DNA of 64,000 nucleotides from Dehalococcoidia bacterium (GTDB lineage Bacteria; Chloroflexota; Dehalococcoidia; SM23-28-2; RBG-16-64-32): NCBI GenBank assembly GCA_963665775.2, contig CAXXTF010000001.1, positions 1 to 64,000 of the forward strand, read 5' to 3'. Shown piece by piece: positions 60,746 to 64,000 of this stretch (position 1 is its first letter; each line of letters starts with the position of its first letter). The notes under the pieces were generated by a model. It saw only the letters and a program-made list of their open reading frames with translations, ran no database searches and was not told where the DNA came from. The position numbers and the translations under genes were made by a program.

Positions 60746-61882
60746 CTATATGCCCATCAATTGGGCAAGCGCTTCCCGATGATGGTCCGCGTCGCCCCAC
60801 ATCATCTCCAGCCACTTCTGGCGGCGGAAGTAAAGCTGAATCCTGTAGTCCTTTGTGAATCCGATTCCGCCGTGGATCTGCTGGCCGTGGGCCACCACCC
60901 GGCGGGAGGCCTCCGAGACCCAGGCCTTGGCTATGGAGACGAAAGCGGTAGCGTCGGGCTGCTCCTCCTGCACGCTCCAGGCCGCCCGGTACGTGATCGA
61001 TCGCGCTGAGTCCACATCCACCGAGGCATCGGCCAGCTTGTGCTGGATCGCTTGAAACGACCCTATCGGTCGCCCGAACTGGGTCCTCTCCTTCGCATAG
61101 TTCAACGTGATGTCGAAGTCCGTCTGCGACAGCCCCACCAGGTAGGCACAGGTCGCCAGGGTTGCGATCCGCTTCGTCTTCTCGATAACGGGCCAGCCGG
61201 TGTCCACCCGGCCTATTACGCTGGCCGTTGCTGCCCTCACGTTCTCGAACGTCATCTCACACTGCTTATCGCCCGCGACGGTGTTCAGCACCTGGATGCC
61301 GATGCCCTGGGAGCGGGACGGGAGCAGGAACAGCGTGATCCCATCCTCCGGCGCGCCCCCTCGTGAAGTGCGGGCCGCTACCACCAGGTTGTCCGACACC
61401 TGAGCGTCCGCGACGAAAAGCTTCTTCCCAGAGAGCGCGTACTCCGACCCTTCCCGCCTCGCCTCCATCTGGACGCCCTCGGCATCCCAGCGGGCGGACG
61501 GTTCCGTGAGGGCCAGGGCGAGCAGAAGCTCACCGGATGCCACCCGTGGCAGGATCTGCCTACGCTGATCTTCGGAGCCAGCCTCAATAAGAGGCAGCGC
61601 CCCCATGACGGAGGAAGAGAGGTAAGGGCCCATGACCAGTGCCCTCCCGAACTCCTCCATCAGCACAACGAGGTCACTGGGGCCGAGGCCGCTGCCGCCA
61701 TACTCCTGGGGGATGATGAGGCCCATCCAGCCCCGGTCCGCCATCTTCCGCCATAGCTCCAGCGAGTACCCCTTCTCGTCCTGCTCCAGAGCGCGCACCA
61801 GAGACTCCGGGTTCTCCTTCGTCAGGAAGTCCCGGGCAACGTTCTTGAGCGTATCTTGCCGTTCACTGAGCCCCATATCCAT
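60746..61882 (-). CDS. Acyl-CoA dehydrogenase (probable non-catalytic partner subunit)
   Basis: RTQFGRPIGSFQAIQHKLAD, QIHGGIGFT; C-terminal WGDADHH instead of G(T/S)NE. Confidence 0.92.
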   Translation of the reverse strand: MDMGLSERQDTLKNVARDFLTKENPESLVRALEQDEKGYSLELWRKMADRGWMGLIIPQEYGGSGLGPSDLVVLMEEFGRALVMGPYLSSSVMGALPLIEAGSEDQRRQILPRVASGELLLALALTEPSARWDAEGVQMEARREGSEYALSGKKLFVADAQVSDNLVVAARTSRGGAPEDGITLFLLPSRSQGIGIQVLNTVAGDKQCEMTFENVRAATASVIGRVDTGWPVIEKTKRIATLATCAYLVGLSQTDFDITLNYAKERTQFGRPIGSFQAIQHKLADASVDVDSARSITYRAAWSVQEEQPDATAFVSIAKAWVSEASRRVVAHGQQIHGGIGFTKDYRIQLYFRRQKWLEMMWGDADHHREALAQLMGI

Positions 61883-62172
61883 CCGGCGCGCCTCCCTCTT
61901 ACCGTTACGGCGCCGTCTTGGCGTGCGATAAGTCTACTCCTCCCACCGAGCCTCTTACAATAAGGTCAGGAAGGTTAGGCGAGCTGCTGAGGGTCATGCC
62001 TTTCTTGGTAGTCCAACGCTTAGTCGGGAGAGCAGCCGTTTCTGCCGCTGAACGGTGGGTATCTCAACGCACCAGACGGCAAACGGGTCGGTTCGGGGCG
62101 GCCCTATCGTGAGGCGCTTGACCCCCTAACAATCCCCTATAGGCTAAACTAGAAGGTGAAGGAGGTGAGCCC

Positions 62173-62385
62173 ATGGCCCGCCAAGCCGTCATCCACGCCG
62201 TCCAGCCCTACGACCTCCACGGCATCCGCTACTACGCCGTCCGCTACGCCTACGCCGACGAGCCCGACGCCCTCCGCGAGGCCCGCCTCGCCCATGACTC
62301 CATCTACGCCGACCCCAAGGCCGGCGATCAGATCCTCGTCGAGGCCGTCCTCAACATCGTCACCGACATCACGAAGGCAGAGTGA
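62173..62385 (+). CDS. Small hypothetical protein
   Basis: AAGGAGG RBS; strong C-ending codon bias. Confidence 0.75.
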   Translation: MARQAVIHAVQPYDLHGIRYYAVRYAYADEPDALREARLAHDSIYADPKAGDQILVEAVLNIVTDITKAE

Positions 62386-62388
62386 TCC

Positions 62389-62670
62389 CTAGCGGGTCGG
62401 GAAGATGCCTGTCGCCTCGGCTATGGTCTGCACCGGCACTATGTCGACGCTGCCCATCTTCATCAAAGGCCGGAAGTAGCGCACCACCTGGGCGTACTCG
62501 TCCGCCTCCAGCACAAAGTAGAGGACGTGCTCCGGCGGCGCCACGTAGCTTCCCAGCACCTTCACCCCTGACTCCTTGATGTGCTCCTCGTTCACCATCT
62601 GGTGAACCTGGGTCGGGTTGTCCGCCGGACAGGCCTCCAGCGTGTGCTCGTGGGTGGCGATGAACAGCAT
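62389..62670 (-). CDS. Small hypothetical protein (DUF3303/GYD-like ferredoxin fold)
   Basis: MLFIATHEHTLEACP...GVKVLGSY...EHVLYFVLEAD; GGAGG RBS. Confidence 0.7.
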   Translation of the reverse strand: MLFIATHEHTLEACPADNPTQVHQMVNEEHIKESGVKVLGSYVAPPEHVLYFVLEADEYAQVVRYFRPLMKMGSVDIVPVQTIAEATGIFPTR

Positions 62671-62738
62671 GGCATTCCCTCCACTCTGGCGAACGACTCG
62701 GGTCAGCTTAGCACCGGCATTCAGGGCCATCGAAAGGT

Positions 62739-63413
62739 TTACTGCCTCTGCCGGCGCAACAGCTCCTCCCGGATGAACGGGTTCGTCTCCCTCTCGATGC
62801 CGATCTTCGTCTCGTTCATGTGCCCCGGCAGCACGATAGTATCGTCCGGCAGCGCCAGCAACCGGTCAACGATGCTCGACATCTCCTGCTCCTGGCTGCC
62901 GCCGGGCATATCCGTCCGCCCGATCGAGCCCTGGAACAGGGTGTCGCCGCTGAACAGCATCCCCTCAGTGTAATAGGAGACGCTGCCCGGTGTGTGGCCC
63001 GGCGTGTGGATCACCTTCAGCTTCACCCCTGCCACGTCCACCTCGTCCCCGTCCGAGACGAAGGCATCCGGGTCCGGCGGCGGCTCCACCGTCTGCCCCA
63101 TCCACGTCGCCGCGCTGGCGGCCGCCCCCTGGGCCAGGACCAGGTCCTGGTCGTGCATCAGGAAGCGGGCCCCCGTAGCCGCCTGCACCCCTCGCACGCC
63201 CAGGATGTGGTCCAGGTGCCCGTGCGAGTTGGCGATGAGCTTGATCGCCACGCCCATATCCCGCGCCATGGCCAGGATCTCCTCCGGCTGATCGCCCGGA
63301 TCGATGGCGATCGCCTCACCCGTCCGGCGCGAGCCGATGATCCAGCAGTTCTCCGCGAACACGCCCACCACAATCCCCTTGATGATCAGCTCGCTGACCG
63401 TGGGCTCCGTCAT
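62739..63413 (-). CDS. MBL-fold metallo-hydrolase (glyoxalase II-like)
   Basis: SHGHLDH, TPGHTPG, SGDTLF, PGH. Confidence 0.93.
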   Translation of the reverse strand: MTEPTVSELIIKGIVVGVFAENCWIIGSRRTGEAIAIDPGDQPEEILAMARDMGVAIKLIANSHGHLDHILGVRGVQAATGARFLMHDQDLVLAQGAAASAATWMGQTVEPPPDPDAFVSDGDEVDVAGVKLKVIHTPGHTPGSVSYYTEGMLFSGDTLFQGSIGRTDMPGGSQEQEMSSIVDRLLALPDDTIVLPGHMNETKIGIERETNPFIREELLRRQRQ

Positions 63414-63470
63414 GCTAGCTCCCTACCCTCCAGATGCACGAATCGCGGCGCGGGCCACACCCACCACGCT

Positions 63471-64000
63471 TCAAGGCCACCGGCCGTCCTCGGCGCCCAG
63501 GTAGCACGTGTCGTTCAGGCCCACGACGACCACCTGCGGCGAGCCGTGCGGACCCTGGGACGTAATCTCGAGCGTAGTCAGCGAGGCGTTGTCGATGGCG
63601 AAGGGGTTGGGGTGGCGGTAGGGCCGTCCCAGCGCCGCCATCACGAACACGGCGATGGGCCCGCCGTGGGTCACTACTGCCACGGCCCCGTCCGCCTCGT
63701 GCCGGGCCGCGATCTCCCACACAGCGCTGCACACGCGCTCTCTGAACGTCTCCCGACCCTCCTCGCCGGGATAGCGGGGGAAGTCCGGCCCGCCGCTGCG
63801 GAGCGCCTCTACGATCTCCGGCTGCCTATCCCTGATCTCTTTCCAGGTCAGGCCGGAGAGCTCCGCCCCGAAGTCGTACTCTTGGACTCGCGGCTCCAAC
63901 CGGACGGTCAGGCCGGTCTGCGCTGCCAGGGGCTCGGCGGTCTCCATCGCCCTCCGCATAGGGCTGGCGTACACCGCGGCCAGGGGCATTGGCGCCAGGC
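63471..64000 (-). CDS. Histidine phosphatase family protein (5' end outside the window)
   Basis: YASPMRRAMETA, EYDFG, VVTHGG, LNDT. Confidence 0.88.
   Translation of the reverse strand, partial: LAPMPLAAVYASPMRRAMETAEPLAAQTGLTVRLEPRVQEYDFGAELSGLTWKEIRDRQPEIVEALRSGGPDFPRYPGEEGRETFRERVCSAVWEIAARHEADGAVAVVTHGGPIAVFVMAALGRPYRHPNPFAIDNASLTTLEITSQGPHGSPQVVVVGLNDTCYLGAEDGRWP

Overview
GC-rich bacterial DNA, most likely Chloroflexota (Dehalococcoidia-like); this is inferred from gene content such as Cys-containing dockerin repeats and the small CxHHW zinc-finger protein. A housekeeping block (rpsU, yqeY, dsbA/ccdA, tRNA-Ala, rimM-khpA-rpsP-ffh, czcD, gap) and a catabolic block (aldolase/SDR, Re-citrate-synthase-like enzyme, acs, Mo-oxidoreductase, ACADs, thiolase-like protein, CoA-transferase) flank a mosaic accessory region. 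Main observations: (1) three copies of one IS3-family element. Two are inverted and bound a ~26 kb inversion that separated the halves of one sensor-HAMP-PAS-GGDEF-EAL gene; the 4-bp target duplication GCCG is still readable and the halves rejoin in frame. (2) That gene was the last member of an operon headed by a c-di-GMP-I riboswitch and encoding two WxL-like proteins and a DUF916-like protein. (3) A three-gene cohesin-dockerin cluster (esterase, cohesin adaptor, matrixin protease) resembles a non-cellulolytic mini-cellulosome. (4) A phage-satellite-like element is integrated at the 5' half of tRNA-Leu(TAA), in tandem with the scar of an older one, and carries a dead R-M controller gene with its C-box. 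(5) A UGSC selenoprotein has a clear SECIS hairpin. (6) An intact transaldolase-fold gene lacks the Schiff-base lysine. (7) Several genes carry single nonsense or frameshift lesions. All calls come from reading the sequence; no database searches were run.
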